Below are positions 19,632-30,549 of a stretch of 53,984 bases of DNA, piece after piece. Numbering within the stretch: the first letter of the stretch is position 1; every line of letters starts with the position of its first letter. Made by a program: the position numbers and the translations under genes. The notes beneath the pieces were generated by a model. The model was not told where the DNA came from and ran no database searches. It worked only from the letters and a program-made list of their open reading frames with translations. Source of the stretch: Candidatus Oleincola secundus (lineage in GTDB: Bacteria > Atribacterota > Phoenicimicrobiia > Phoenicimicrobiales > Stramentimicrobiaceae); assembly GCA_018400815.1 (NCBI GenBank), contig JAGYLS010000004.1, positions 1 to 53,984 on the forward strand, given 5' to 3'.

Positions 19632-19998
19632 CTTCTTTATCAGTTTCTTTCTCTTTTTCCAGTCTATACACCTGAGCCATAAGCTGATGTACTTTTTCTA
19701 ATTCTTTATCATAATGAAACGATATATAAGGTGTAAAACGATATTTCTTTAACCCAAAAGCCAATTCAGATCTAATAAATTTGGTAGCACTAAGTAAGCC
19801 ATTCATGCTCTTCTCTTGTTCTTCTTTGGTGCCAAGTACAGAAATAAATATTTTAGCATTATGCAAGTCATCAGATAAAACTATTCTGGTAACTGTTACA
19901 AAACCTATTCTTGGGTCTTTAGTTCTTTTTTGTATAATATGGCTTATATTTCTTTTTAATAATTTTTCAAAATGTTTCTTTTTTTGTTCCAAAACCAT
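19621..19998 (-). CDS. rbfA: Ribosome-binding factor A
   Basis: KDPRIGFVTVT motif; position after infB. Confidence 0.95.
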   Translation of the reverse strand: MVLEQKKKHFEKLLKRNISHIIQKRTKDPRIGFVTVTRIVLSDDLHNAKIFISVLGTKEEQEKSMNGLLSATKFIRSELAFGLKKYRFTPYISFHYDKELEKVHQLMAQVYRLEKEKETDKEDAE

Positions 19999-20022
19999 TA
20001 TAATTACTTATTATTTCCTTTT

Positions 20023-20193
20023 CTATCTATCTCTTATTAATTTTTTCCATATATTTTTTTGACCAATTTCTGAAATAGATATATTGTATTTTTCCCTTAG
20101 ATGAAACTTTATACTCTTAATTATACTTCTTTTGTCTTTTAGAGATCGACAGTCAGGTAAATATATAAAAAGTTCGCAAACTCCTACTAACAT
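20023..20193 (-). CDS. ylxP: DUF503/YlxP family protein, apparently C-terminally truncated
   Basis: AGGAG RBS, MLVGVCEL...SLKDKRSIIKS...YNISISE; only 56 aa before stop. Confidence 0.75.
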   Translation of the reverse strand: MLVGVCELFIYLPDCRSLKDKRSIIKSIKFHLREKYNISISEIGQKNIWKKLIRDR

Positions 20194-20203
20194 TCTCCTA
20201 TTT

Positions 20204-22135
20204 TTATCTTTCCACTTCTCTATAATTATAAAAAACAATAATATCTTTTACCTGGAGGTCATCAACCTTGGCTACATTTATACCACACTCGTAGCCAGCA
20301 TTCACCTCTTTGACATCTTCTTTAAATCTCTTCAAAGAAAATTCTTTACCTTCGTATATCTTGCTATCTTCATGATAGACACGAATGTAATCTTTTGTAG
20401 ATATTTTACCCTCAGTTACATAGCAGCCAGCAACGATTCCTATCTTAGGTATTTTGAATATTTCCCTAACTTCTGCTTTTCCGTTAACAACTTCTTCTAG
20501 TTTTGGTTTTAGATACCCCTTTAAAGCAGCTTTAACCTCATCAACTAAATCATAAATTATATTGTATATTCTTACGTCAATCTTTTCATTTTTTGCTAAT
20601 TTTTGTGCGTTGACATCAACCTTCACATTAAATCCTACGATTAACGCATTAGAGGCTGAGCCAAGCATGATATCGGTTTCAGTTATTGCTCCAATTCCAC
20701 TGTGAATAACTTTTATCTCAACTTCTTCATTGCCCATATTCGAAAGGGTACCTTTTATAGCATCCAGTGAACCTTGTGTGTCGCATTTTAAAATCATATT
20801 CAATTCTTTTATTTTACCCTTTGTCATCTCCTCGAACAAATTATCTAAAGAAACCTTTTCTTGACTCTTGTTTTGTTTCTTCTTTTCCTCTGACTCTCTT
20901 CCGTCAATAATTGTTTTTGCAAAATGATCATCAGCAACAACCTGAAAAATATCTCCTGCTAAGGGCATTTTGTTAAAACCAGTTATTTCAACAGGTGTTG
21001 AGGGACCAACGTGCTTTAAATTATTTCCTTTATCATCCATCATGCTCTTTACTTTCCCGTATGCTGTCCCAACAACAAAGTAATCTCCTATACCTAAATG
21101 GCCATCCTGAATCAATACTGTAGCAAGGATTCCTTTTCTTTTATCTAATTTTGTTTCAATTACTATTCCACTGGCCGGAAGCTCTGGTGTAACTTGCAAT
21201 TCTAACATTTCTGCCTGTATGGAAATCAATTCTAATAACTCATTAATTCCCTTTCCCTGTAGGGCAGATATTTCTGCTACCAGGGTATCTCCACCCCAGT
21301 CCTCTGGAACCAGTTGATATTTTGCTAAATCTTTTTTTACTTTATCAATATTAGCATTAGCTTTATCTGTTTTATTAATGGCAACAATAATAGGTACGTT
21401 AGCCGCTCTGGCATGATTTATAGCTTCAACGGTCTGAGGCATAACTCCGTCATCTGCTGCCACAACAAGGACAACAATATCGGTAGCCTTTACTCCACGT
21501 GCTCGCATGGTAGTAAACGCCTCATGTCCAGGAGTATCAATAAAGACAAATCTATTTTTTTTGAGTTCCACTACATAGGCACCAATATGTTGAGTAATAC
21601 CACCTGCTTCTTTTTTAGTAACATTAGTTTTCCTAATCATATCAAGAAGTGTTGTTTTTCCATGATCCACATGTCCAACAATTGTAATAGCCGGAGATTT
21701 TGATACTAATGCATGCTCAGTCTCTTTTATTTTTTTTGATTTAAGCACCTTCTTCAGTTTTGTCGAAATATCAACTTCGTAATCATATTGTTTGTAGACT
21801 TTTTGCGCAATTTGCCATGGTAATTCTTTGTCCACAGAATAAATATTGGCAAACTTAGAAACTTGTTGCATTGCTTTTGACAAAGGAATTTTCAAGTGTT
21901 TTGATAAGTCTTTCAGACTGGGCATTTTTTCTAATACAATTACTTTCCTTTTTTCTTTATCCTTATCTTCTTCCCTACTTTCTTCTGTAATAGCTTCTTG
22001 AATGATTTCTATTGTTTCATTGTCAAGGGTACTCATGTGATTTTTTACATTTATACCCTCTTTTTTTAGAAATATTATAAGCTCTTTAGTAGGTATTTTC
22101 AAATCTTCAGCTACTTCATATACTCTTTTTTTCAT
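20204..22135 (-). CDS. infB: Translation initiation factor IF-2
   Basis: [24 protein letters not shown]. Confidence 0.98.
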   Translation of the reverse strand: MKKRVYEVAEDLKIPTKELIIFLKKEGINVKNHMSTLDNETIEIIQEAITEESREEDKDKEKRKVIVLEKMPSLKDLSKHLKIPLSKAMQQVSKFANIYSVDKELPWQIAQKVYKQYDYEVDISTKLKKVLKSKKIKETEHALVSKSPAITIVGHVDHGKTTLLDMIRKTNVTKKEAGGITQHIGAYVVELKKNRFVFIDTPGHEAFTTMRARGVKATDIVVLVVAADDGVMPQTVEAINHARAANVPIIVAINKTDKANANIDKVKKDLAKYQLVPEDWGGDTLVAEISALQGKGINELLELISIQAEMLELQVTPELPASGIVIETKLDKRKGILATVLIQDGHLGIGDYFVVGTAYGKVKSMMDDKGNNLKHVGPSTPVEITGFNKMPLAGDIFQVVADDHFAKTIIDGRESEEKKKQNKSQEKVSLDNLFEEMTKGKIKELNMILKCDTQGSLDAIKGTLSNMGNEEVEIKVIHSGIGAITETDIMLGSASNALIVGFNVKVDVNAQKLAKNEKIDVRIYNIIYDLVDEVKAALKGYLKPKLEEVVNGKAEVREIFKIPKIGIVAGCYVTEGKISTKDYIRVYHEDSKIYEGKEFSLKRFKEDVKEVNAGYECGINVAKVDDLQVKDIIVFYNYREVER

Positions 22136-22196
22136 ACTCGATGTCCTCCATATAAACCGGAATCATTGCACTGTATTTAGATGAATCTATTTCTAA

Positions 22197-22481
22197 CTAA
22201 CTATTTCTTAGTTCTTTGTATTCTTCTTCTAATAATTTTATCGTTTCCGGTGAAATTTCTACCTTTAATGCTCTTCCCAGTCTATTTTTTTTAATTGCCT
22301 CTTCAAAACATTCCATATTATAGCACAAATAGGCTCCGCGTCCTGATTTCTTGCCTGTTAAATCTATTTCAATTCTACCTTCAGGCGTTCTGATAATTCT
22401 TAATAATTCTTTTTTCGGTTTTCTTAGCTGGCAGCCAATACAAGTCCTGTAAGATATTTTTTTAGAATTTTTCATTATCAA
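22197..22481 (-). CDS. ylxR: YlxR/DUF448 RNA-binding protein
   Basis: RTCIGC, GRGAYLC; between nusA and infB. Confidence 0.93.
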   Translation of the reverse strand: MIMKNSKKISYRTCIGCQLRKPKKELLRIIRTPEGRIEIDLTGKKSGRGAYLCYNMECFEEAIKKNRLGRALKVEISPETIKLLEEEYKELRNS

Positions 22482-22549
22482 TTCTCTAAATAAAATATAG
22501 ATATATTACAATTATTATTAATCGCTAATATTCTTAATTTTTTCATCAA

Positions 22550-23617
22550 TTATACATTTTGTTCATCTGTATTCTCTTTTTTGTATTGAGAATCACTCTT
22601 TATATCAATTTTCCATCCTGTTAATCTTGCAGCCAATCTAGCATTCTGGCCCTCCTTGCCGATTGAAAGGGATAATTGTCCATCATCGACAACTACTAAT
22701 GCTCTCTTTTCTTTTTCAAATAATCGAACAAACAAGACTTTTGCCGGATTAAGTGAATTCGCAATAAATACTTTATCATCCTCATGCCATTTAATAACAT
22801 CAATTTTTTCATCTTGTAGTTCTGTCATTATAGATTTTATTCGGGAACCTCGGTCACCGATACAGGAACCAATAGAATCAACCATATCTTCCCTGCTGTC
22901 AACGGCTATCTTTGAACGTTTTCCCGCTTCTCTGGCAATGCATTTAATCTCCACCAAACCTTCATGAATCTCAGGAACTTCCAATTCAAATAAACGTTTC
23001 AATAAATCAGGATGCGTTCTGGAAAGAACAATTCGCGGTCCTCTAGATGTTTTTTTAACCTCTATAACATATAACTTCATTCGTTTGCCTTTACTGTAAT
23101 TTTCTTTTTTTACCTGTTCGTTTAAAGGCAAGACCGCTTCGGCTTTTCCTAAATCTACAATAATATTATAGTTCTCTTGACGCTGTATAATTCCAGTCAC
23201 AATATCTCTGACTTTGTCAATATAACGTTCATAAATTGCCTTTCTCTCTGCTTCTCTGATTTTTTGAACAATAACTTGTTTGGCAGTTTGGGTGGCAATT
23301 CGACCAAACTCCTTTGGTGTTACTTCTATGTCAACCTCATCTCCTATAGCAACATCTCCCTGCTTATATTGAGTAGCATGCTCTATATCAATTTCCGAAG
23401 ATGGGCTTTTCACAATATCAACAACTACTTTCTTTGTAAATACCTGTACTCTACCGGTATCTTTACTAAAAAATATTTCTATATTATTTTTACCCTCTGC
23501 AAAATTCTTTTTATATGCAGATACAAGCGATGTTTCAATAGTATCAATTAAAACTTCTTTAGAAATGCCCTTTTCCTTTTCAATTTCGTCTAATATCTTG
23601 ATTAAATTTATATTCAT
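22550..23617 (-). CDS. nusA: Transcription factor NusA
   Basis: FGRIATQTAKQ, LFELEVPEI, IGKEGQNARLA. Confidence 0.98.
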   Translation of the reverse strand: MNINLIKILDEIEKEKGISKEVLIDTIETSLVSAYKKNFAEGKNNIEIFFSKDTGRVQVFTKKVVVDIVKSPSSEIDIEHATQYKQGDVAIGDEVDIEVTPKEFGRIATQTAKQVIVQKIREAERKAIYERYIDKVRDIVTGIIQRQENYNIIVDLGKAEAVLPLNEQVKKENYSKGKRMKLYVIEVKKTSRGPRIVLSRTHPDLLKRLFELEVPEIHEGLVEIKCIAREAGKRSKIAVDSREDMVDSIGSCIGDRGSRIKSIMTELQDEKIDVIKWHEDDKVFIANSLNPAKVLFVRLFEKEKRALVVVDDGQLSLSIGKEGQNARLAARLTGWKIDIKSDSQYKKENTDEQNV

Positions 23618-23704
23618 AGCTTAACCTTTTAACTCCTCCCCTTTTATTTTGGGAATGAAGATTTAGGATATTTTTGTAAATATTACAAATTAGATACTAA
23701 AATT

Positions 23705-23739
23705 ACAAAACAAAAGAGTGGTCCACAAACCACTCTTTT
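23705..23739 (-). ncRNA. rimP-leader-like terminator hairpin ahead of nusA operon
   Basis: AAAAGAGTGGT-ttgtgg-ACCACTCTTTTGTTTT between promoter and nusA. Confidence 0.7.
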
Positions 23740-23764
23740 AAAAAATTTTTTTGAAATTTATTAT

Positions 23765-23792
23765 ATTATAGCACAGAACAAAAAAATATCAA
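23765..23792 (-). promoter_or_regulatory. Promoter of nusA operon
   Basis: TTGATA-N16-TATAAT with extended -10 TG. Confidence 0.7.
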
Positions 23793-23897
23793 AACAATAA
23801 TATTTTCTTAAAATCCCATATTTTAATCAGTTTCTAAACTAATTTATATATATTATATTACATAACTAATATTATTTTTAGTCCCTTTCTAACAACT

Positions 23898-25217
23898 TCA
23901 AATTTTTTCTCCCTCAACATAAGAATCAAAAACCTCTTTCAATTTTAACTTTATCATTTGTCCTTTTTTTGCCTTTGTATCTGCAAGACATACTTTAATA
24001 TAATTATCGGTTAAACCGCAGATATAATTCTGATTATTTTTTAGTCCCCGATATTCAACTAAAATAGTTCTATCTTGCCCAATATTTTTTATAAAGAAGT
24101 CTTTTCTGAGTTCTTTAGACAAATTATTTAGTTTCTTGGTTCTTTTTTTAATAGTATCAGCTTCAACCTTACCTGGTAACAATGAAGCAAGGTTAAAAGG
24201 TCTCTCGGAATATGGAAAAACATGTATTTTGGCAAAGGCAAGTCTTTTTATAAATTGGTAAGTTCTTTCAAAAGACATATCATCTTCACCGGGGAAACCA
24301 ACGATAACATCTGTGGTGATGGCAATATTCGGGATTTTTTTCTTAATTTGCTTAACGATTTTTTCGAATTGGCCAGTGTTATATTTTCTATTCATTAAAT
24401 TCAGCATATTATCATCACCGCTTTGTAAGGGAATATGTAAATGGTGACAAATCTTTGAGGAATTATGAAAAGCATTAATCAATTCATCAGTAACCCATGG
24501 TAATTCAATTGAACTTAATCTAATTCTTTCAATACCCGATGTTTTTTCAATTTCTTGGATTAATTCTGTTAAATTAATATTCTCATCTTTCAAATCATTT
24601 CCGTAACTACCCAAATTAATTCCAAGCAAAACAATTTCTTTATAGTTATTGGATGTTAATTCATTAATTTCTAGGAATATCTCTTTTGACGTTCTGCTTC
24701 TTGATCTTCCTCTTAGATATGGTATGATACAATAACTACAAAATTGATTACATCCATCTTGTATTTTAACCAATCCCCTAATTCGATTACTTGTACTGTA
24801 AAAACCATTTTCAGCATAACGGGTAATTTGATTGGCAGGTTTGTAATGGATTAGTTTTTTAACGGATTTAAAAGACGAATTACAGAATATATTAAAAATA
24901 TCATCTTTGTAATAATTACTAACAATATGATATTTTGAATTATTACAATCTTTGATTTCCTGTAAATTGGCCTGGACACCGCACCCAGTCACAATTATAG
25001 TTCCAGAAGGGTTTAATCGGGCAGCCTTTCTAATCATCTGCTTTGATTTTCGTTCTGCTTCTTTGGTTACAGCACAGCTATTAATAACATAAACGTCTGC
25101 TTTTTCCTTAAAATCTGCTATACTATAACCATTTTTAATAAATGCCTGTCGCAGATTGCCTGTCTCATATTGATTTACTTTACAGCCTATTGTTTTAAAG
25201 GCGACTTTTTGATTCAA
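23898..25217 (-). CDS. mtaB: tRNA t6A37 methylthiotransferase
   Basis: GCKVNQYET, INSCAVT, QDGCNQFCSYCIIP, RIRLSSIE; after dnaJ. Confidence 0.93.
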   Translation of the reverse strand: MNQKVAFKTIGCKVNQYETGNLRQAFIKNGYSIADFKEKADVYVINSCAVTKEAERKSKQMIRKAARLNPSGTIIVTGCGVQANLQEIKDCNNSKYHIVSNYYKDDIFNIFCNSSFKSVKKLIHYKPANQITRYAENGFYSTSNRIRGLVKIQDGCNQFCSYCIIPYLRGRSRSRTSKEIFLEINELTSNNYKEIVLLGINLGSYGNDLKDENINLTELIQEIEKTSGIERIRLSSIELPWVTDELINAFHNSSKICHHLHIPLQSGDDNMLNLMNRKYNTGQFEKIVKQIKKKIPNIAITTDVIVGFPGEDDMSFERTYQFIKRLAFAKIHVFPYSERPFNLASLLPGKVEADTIKKRTKKLNNLSKELRKDFFIKNIGQDRTILVEYRGLKNNQNYICGLTDNYIKVCLADTKAKKGQMIKLKLKEVFDSYVEGEKI

Positions 25218-25304
25218 TTTTTCACCGGTTTTTGCTTTTAATTCTACAAGGTCCTAGTCAGCTCAGTAAATTATTTTCAGGCAGAGATATTTGATGAGAA
25301 TTTA

Positions 25305-26465
25305 TTATTTTTTGGTGAAACTTTCTTTTACTTTTTCAAAAAAATTTTTTTCACCTATTTTATCAATATCTTCACCGGTTTCCTGTGCCAATTCATATAT
25401 TAACTTTTTGGCATTATGATTCAGATTTCGTGGGATTTCGACAATAATTTTAACATGTTCGTCACCCCTAATTTTGGTACCTAATTTATAAGCACCTTTT
25501 CCTCTTAATCGAAAAACAGTATTACTCTGTGTGCCAGCAGGTATTCTCATTTTTACATTACCTTCTAACGTTGGAACCGTAGTTTCTGCACCTAAAATGG
25601 CTTTAGGCAAACTAATTTTATGGTCGCAATAGATATCAGTAGCATTTCGTTTGAAAACAGGATGTTCCTTAACGTTAAGAACAATAAATAGATCCCCGGA
25701 AGGACCACTGTTTTCACCAGGCTCACCCATTCCAGCAAGTCTGAGCCTATGTCCGCTTTCCACGCCTGCCAATATTTTTACATTAATAGTTTTCCTACTC
25801 TTTACCTTTCCGGTTCCATGGCATACCCTGCAAGGTGATTCAATAATTTGACCGATACCTTTACATCTGGGACATGTTTGTATATTGATTGATTGTCCGA
25901 AAAAGGTATTTTGTGCCATTCTTATTTCGCCTGTTCCGTTACATTCAGGACATGTCTTTTTAGAAGTTCCAGGTTCTGCTCCAGTTCCCTTACAATGGCT
26001 ACAAGTTTGCCAGGTTGGTATTTCTATCTTTTTTTCGGCACCAAATGCAGCTTCTTTTAAACTAATTTCTAAATTATATCTTAAACTAGCCCCTTTCCTG
26101 GCTCTCTCTGCTCGTCGATAATTTCTTCTTGAACTTCCACCACCACCAAAAAAAGATTCAAAAATATCACTAAAGCTGCCAAAATCATCCATGCCTTCCC
26201 CATAAAAATTCCTAAAATCGAATCCAGCGCCGTTATCAGCAGTATCAGCTGAACCAAATTGATCATATCTGGCCCTTTTTTGCGGGTCACTTAATATAGC
26301 ATAAGCTTCCCCTATTTCTTTAAACTTTTTCTCGGCCTCTTCTTTGTTATTGGGATTGGCATCAGGATGATGTTTTAAAGCCAATTTTCGATATGCTTTT
26401 TTAATTTCTTCCTGACTTGCGTCTTTGCTAACGTTTAGAATCTGGTAATAATCTTTATTTGCCAA
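25305..26465 (-). CDS. dnaJ: Chaperone DnaJ
   Basis: HPD J-domain, four CxxCxGxG repeats; TTG start. Confidence 0.98.
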   Translation of the reverse strand: MANKDYYQILNVSKDASQEEIKKAYRKLALKHHPDANPNNKEEAEKKFKEIGEAYAILSDPQKRARYDQFGSADTADNGAGFDFRNFYGEGMDDFGSFSDIFESFFGGGGSSRRNYRRAERARKGASLRYNLEISLKEAAFGAEKKIEIPTWQTCSHCKGTGAEPGTSKKTCPECNGTGEIRMAQNTFFGQSINIQTCPRCKGIGQIIESPCRVCHGTGKVKSRKTINVKILAGVESGHRLRLAGMGEPGENSGPSGDLFIVLNVKEHPVFKRNATDIYCDHKISLPKAILGAETTVPTLEGNVKMRIPAGTQSNTVFRLRGKGAYKLGTKIRGDEHVKIIVEIPRNLNHNAKKLIYELAQETGEDIDKIGEKNFFEKVKESFTKK

Positions 26466-26529
26466 AACATCAAACCTCTTCTAAGTAAAATTATTTTATA
26501 TTATTATTGAATTATTAAATCTATATAGC

Positions 26530-26654
26530 TAGTAAAATTATAACAGCAAAAAACTAATGAATCATAACTCTGTTATAATTTACTATCTAGCATATTTATT
26601 CGTTGAATTTCCCGAGTTCAAAAGTTTCTTTCTATCATACTCGGGAAATTCAAC
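26530..26654. repeat. Two long inverted repeats between dnaK and dnaJ
   Basis: Perfect 16-bp GTTGAATTTCCCGAGT/ACTCGGGAAATTCAAC (26602-26654) and a ~16-bp AT-rich IR (26530-26585). Confidence 0.8.
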
Positions 26655-26684
26655 AGTTATTATTAGAATTATAAATTATATTTA

Positions 26685-28637
26685 TTATTCTTTATTTTTG
26701 TTATCTTCATTCTCTTCATATTCGGCATCATAAACCTTTTCTTCTTTTTGGGAATCACTTGATTCCTCTTGGTCTTGGCTATCCGCAGAAGTACCAGCCT
26801 CATCGGTCTTCGCTTGTTGTTGCTCCTGGCTGGCAGATTGCTTATACATCTCTTCAGCTAATTTATGAGAAGAATTGGTTAGCTTTTCTATACCGGATTT
26901 CATTTGATCAATATCATCATCCTGCATAGCTTTCCTTAACTGACTGATATTATCATTGATTTCATTTTTCATACTATCATTTACTTTCTCACCGGCATCT
27001 TTTAATGTCTTTTCTGTTGTATATATAAGCGTATCAGCCTGATTGTGCAGTTCAACCTTTTCTTTTTGTTTGCGATCATCTTCGGCATACTGTTCTGCTT
27101 CCTTTACCTTTTTTTGTATTTCCTCTTCAGTTAAACCGCTAGAGTGTTTAATAGTAATTTTTTGTTCCTTACCTGTACCTTTGTCCTGAGCTTTAACATT
27201 AAGTATACCATTAGCATCAATATCAAAAGATACTTCAATTTGAGGAATACCTCTTGGTGCTGGTGGAATACCAACTAACTGAAAACGCCCCAAACTGGTA
27301 TTATCCTTCGCCATAGGTCTTTCACCTTGAAGTACATTTATATCAACTGCTGTTTGGCTATCTGTCGCGGTTGAAAATATTTGTTTCCGTGATGCCGGAA
27401 TGGTAGTATTCTTTTCAATTAATTTGGTGAAAACACCCCCCAATGTCTCTATTCCTAGCGATAGTGGAGTTACATCTAACAGTTGAATGTCCTTTACATC
27501 TCCCTTTAATTTACCTGCCTGGATAGCAGCCCCCATGGCTACAACTTCATCCGGATTAACTCCTTTATGAGGTTCTTTTCCAAATATTTTCTTAACTATT
27601 TCATGAACTTTAGGCATCCTGGTTTGACCGCCTACTAAAATAACTTCATCGATATCATTTGCAGTTAGTTTTGCATCAGCCAGTGCTTTTTTGCATGGCT
27701 CAATAGTTCTATCTAAAAGTTCGTCAGTCAACTGTTCTAGTTTTCCCCTTGTTAAGGTATAATTTAAGTGCTTAGGACCACTGGCATCTGCAGTAATGAA
27801 AGGTAAATTTATATCGGTTTCAATTGATGAAGATAATTCGCATTTTGCCTTTTCTGCTGCTTCTTTCAATCTTTGTAGGGCCATCTGATCTTTACTTAAA
27901 TCAATCCCCTGATCTTTTTTAAAGTTATCTATAAGCCAGTTAATAATACGTTGGTCAAAATCATCTCCACCTAAAAATGTATCTCCGTTAGTTGATTTTA
28001 CTTCAAATATTCCTTCACCTATATCAAGAATAGAAATATCAAAAGTTCCACCACCCAGGTCGAAAACAGCAATTTTTTCACTCTTTTTCTTGTCTAACCC
28101 ATAAGCCAAGGAAGCAGCTGTGGGTTCATTTATAATTCTAAGTACATTTAATCCTGCTATACGACCTGCTGCCTTTGTTGCTTCCCGTTGGTTATCGTTA
28201 AAATAGGCAGGAACAGTAATAACAGCATCTTTCACTTCTTCACCGATATGATCTTCTGCAGCCTGTTTTAAATTTTGTAAAATCATAGCTGAAATTTCCT
28301 GCGGACTATATTGTTTGTCCTTCACCTTTATCATAACATCAGTATGTTCACCCTCAGCAATATCATAAGAAAGCACTTTCTTGATTTGTTGTACCTCTGA
28401 ATCATTGTATCGTCTACCAATAAAACGTTTAACCGAATAAATGGTATTTTTAGAATTAGTCACTGCCTGTCTCTTTGCTAATAATCCAACAAGTCGTTCA
28501 CCTTTTTTGCTGAAAGCTACTACTGATGGTGTAGTTCTACTTCCTTCTTTGTTTTCTATTACAACAGGTTGCCCGCCTTCCATAACGGAAACAACCGAAT
28601 TTGTTGTACCTAAATCTATTCCAATTGCTTTAGCCAT
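26685..28637 (-). CDS. dnaK: Chaperone DnaK
   Basis: [25 protein letters not shown]. Confidence 0.99.
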   Translation of the reverse strand: MAKAIGIDLGTTNSVVSVMEGGQPVVIENKEGSRTTPSVVAFSKKGERLVGLLAKRQAVTNSKNTIYSVKRFIGRRYNDSEVQQIKKVLSYDIAEGEHTDVMIKVKDKQYSPQEISAMILQNLKQAAEDHIGEEVKDAVITVPAYFNDNQREATKAAGRIAGLNVLRIINEPTAASLAYGLDKKKSEKIAVFDLGGGTFDISILDIGEGIFEVKSTNGDTFLGGDDFDQRIINWLIDNFKKDQGIDLSKDQMALQRLKEAAEKAKCELSSSIETDINLPFITADASGPKHLNYTLTRGKLEQLTDELLDRTIEPCKKALADAKLTANDIDEVILVGGQTRMPKVHEIVKKIFGKEPHKGVNPDEVVAMGAAIQAGKLKGDVKDIQLLDVTPLSLGIETLGGVFTKLIEKNTTIPASRKQIFSTATDSQTAVDINVLQGERPMAKDNTSLGRFQLVGIPPAPRGIPQIEVSFDIDANGILNVKAQDKGTGKEQKITIKHSSGLTEEEIQKKVKEAEQYAEDDRKQKEKVELHNQADTLIYTTEKTLKDAGEKVNDSMKNEINDNISQLRKAMQDDDIDQMKSGIEKLTNSSHKLAEEMYKQSASQEQQQAKTDEAGTSADSQDQEESSDSQKEEKVYDAEYEENEDNKNKE

Positions 28638-28657
28638 AATTTCATTCCTCCTTAAAT

Positions 28658-29344
28658 CTAATCATTATTGTTATCATTATTTTTATTATTATCTATTGAA
28701 TTTTCAGAGCTATCCCTGTCAATATCATTGTCTTTATCTGTTCTTCCCTTAGAAACTTTTACGACTGATGGTCGAATTACATTGGATTTTAAGTAATATC
28801 CTTTAGTAATTTCTTCCATTACAGTATCTTCTGGATATTTATCCGATTCTACTTGCATGATTGCTTCATGGCAATAGGGGTCAAACTTTTCTCCAACTGC
28901 CTTAATAGGGATCAACCCTTCTTTTTCTAATATTTTACGAAACTCCTTTAAAGTTCCCTTGATTCCTTCCCTGATTGTTTCTGGCTGATGTTCTTTATTC
29001 TGAGAATAGGAAACAGCTCTTTCCAGATTATCCATCACAGACAATAGTTGGCATATTAAGTCTTTATTGGCATATCCCATAAATTCTCTTCTTTTCTTTT
29101 CTTCCCTTTTTTTGTAATTCTCAAAGTCAGCCTGCATTCTTATTAATTGCTCTTTATAATTTTTTTCATTTTCTTGCATATCAATAAGAGCCTTTTTAAA
29201 TTTTTCTAATTTTGCTTCCTTTTCTTTCAATTCATTATCATTATCAATTAGCATATCAACCAATTCATTTTTTTTTATTTTCCTATATTCTTCTTTATTT
29301 CTTATTATATTTTTATCCTTTTCTTTTTTCTGCTTGTTATCCAT
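28658..29344 (-). CDS. grpE: Nucleotide exchange factor GrpE
   Basis: [25 protein letters not shown]; start moved to MDNKQ (GGAGG RBS). Confidence 0.95.
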   Translation of the reverse strand: MDNKQKKEKDKNIIRNKEEYRKIKKNELVDMLIDNDNELKEKEAKLEKFKKALIDMQENEKNYKEQLIRMQADFENYKKREEKKRREFMGYANKDLICQLLSVMDNLERAVSYSQNKEHQPETIREGIKGTLKEFRKILEKEGLIPIKAVGEKFDPYCHEAIMQVESDKYPEDTVMEEITKGYYLKSNVIRPSVVKVSKGRTDKDNDIDRDSSENSIDNNKNNDNNND

Positions 29345-29386
29345 TTTTAGCCTCCATTCATGTAGATAAATAATATTACTCAACTC

Positions 29387-30415
29387 TTATTCAGACAATA
29401 TCTCACTTAAGCGGGTAGCAATAAAATCCAATATAGAAACTGCCTTAGTATAATTCATACGAGTTGGGCCAAGGACGCTGATAGCCCCCATGGGCTTACC
29501 TTTTATAGAATATTGTCGTGTAATTACACTACAATCCTTCATTATTTTCTCTCCCAATTCGCTTCCTATAACAATATCAAACTGTTTGTTCAAAAGAGAT
29601 TTTTTAATAATCTGTACTAAATTTTTTTCTTCTTCAATAAAATCAAAAAGATAATTTAATTTTTCAATTTCCTTAAATTCAGGTTGTCTTAACATATAAC
29701 AACGATTTCCTAAAAATATATTTTCTTCTTCATCTTGGAAATCAAAACAATTTTCAATTAATTTCCAAATTGATTCCAGTGTTTGATATTTAAAATAGTA
29801 TCGATAAATTTTCTCTAACATTTCATCATTGACAATTTCCAGGCTCTTGCCATAAAATTCTCTTTTTATTATTCTTGCAATTGCTTCCAGATTATCTTCA
29901 GATATATCAAAATTTATTTTCATAATTTTCTGGAAGAATAATCCGCTATTGGTAATCAAAGTAATCAAGACTCGGTTATTATCCAATGAGATAAAACGAA
30001 TATCTTTCAGCGTATCACTAACCATATTCGGTGCCAGCACAACCCCTAAGTTATTAGTTAACCTTGAAATCAATTTAGAGGTAACCCTCATGACTTCATT
30101 AAATTCTTTTCTTATTTTATACTGTTCAACTATTTCTCTTTGTTCAGCCCTGCTGAGATTAACAACATTTTTAGACATTAGATTGTCAACATAAAAACGA
30201 TAACCCTTATCTGTAGGCACACGACCGGCAGAAGTATGCGGTTTTTTTAAAAAACCAAGTTTTTCCAATACCAGCATGTCATGACGCACAGTAGCAGAGC
30301 TAACATTTAAACCATAATTTTTAACAATCATCTCTGAGCCAATTGGCTCTGCTGTAGTAATATAACGATAAACCACTGCATTCAAAATGGCTTTCATTCT
30401 ATCATTTATTACCAT
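29387..30415 (-). CDS. hrcA: Heat-inducible repressor HrcA
   Basis: SSATVR, HTSAGRVPTDKGYR, GPTRMNY. Confidence 0.97.
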   Translation of the reverse strand: MVINDRMKAILNAVVYRYITTAEPIGSEMIVKNYGLNVSSATVRHDMLVLEKLGFLKKPHTSAGRVPTDKGYRFYVDNLMSKNVVNLSRAEQREIVEQYKIRKEFNEVMRVTSKLISRLTNNLGVVLAPNMVSDTLKDIRFISLDNNRVLITLITNSGLFFQKIMKINFDISEDNLEAIARIIKREFYGKSLEIVNDEMLEKIYRYYFKYQTLESIWKLIENCFDFQDEEENIFLGNRCYMLRQPEFKEIEKLNYLFDFIEEEKNLVQIIKKSLLNKQFDIVIGSELGEKIMKDCSVITRQYSIKGKPMGAISVLGPTRMNYTKAVSILDFIATRLSEILSE

Positions 30416-30430
30416 ATTTATCTCCTCAAA

Positions 30431-30457
30431 TTAGCACTCTATTGATGAGAGTGCTAA
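30431..30457. promoter_or_regulatory. CIRCE operator
   Basis: Perfect TTAGCACTC-N9-GAGTGCTAA directly upstream of hrcA. Confidence 0.98.
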
Positions 30458-30467
30458 TTACTTAAAT

Positions 30468-30496
30468 AAGATAACACTCACCGAAATATTTGTCAA
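30468..30496 (-). promoter_or_regulatory. Promoter of hrcA operon
   Basis: TTGACA-N17-TATCTT with extended -10 TG. Confidence 0.8.
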
Positions 30497-30549
30497 GCCT
30501 CGACATAAAATATTTATATTGATATTTTTTATATATTATAAAGCTAATT

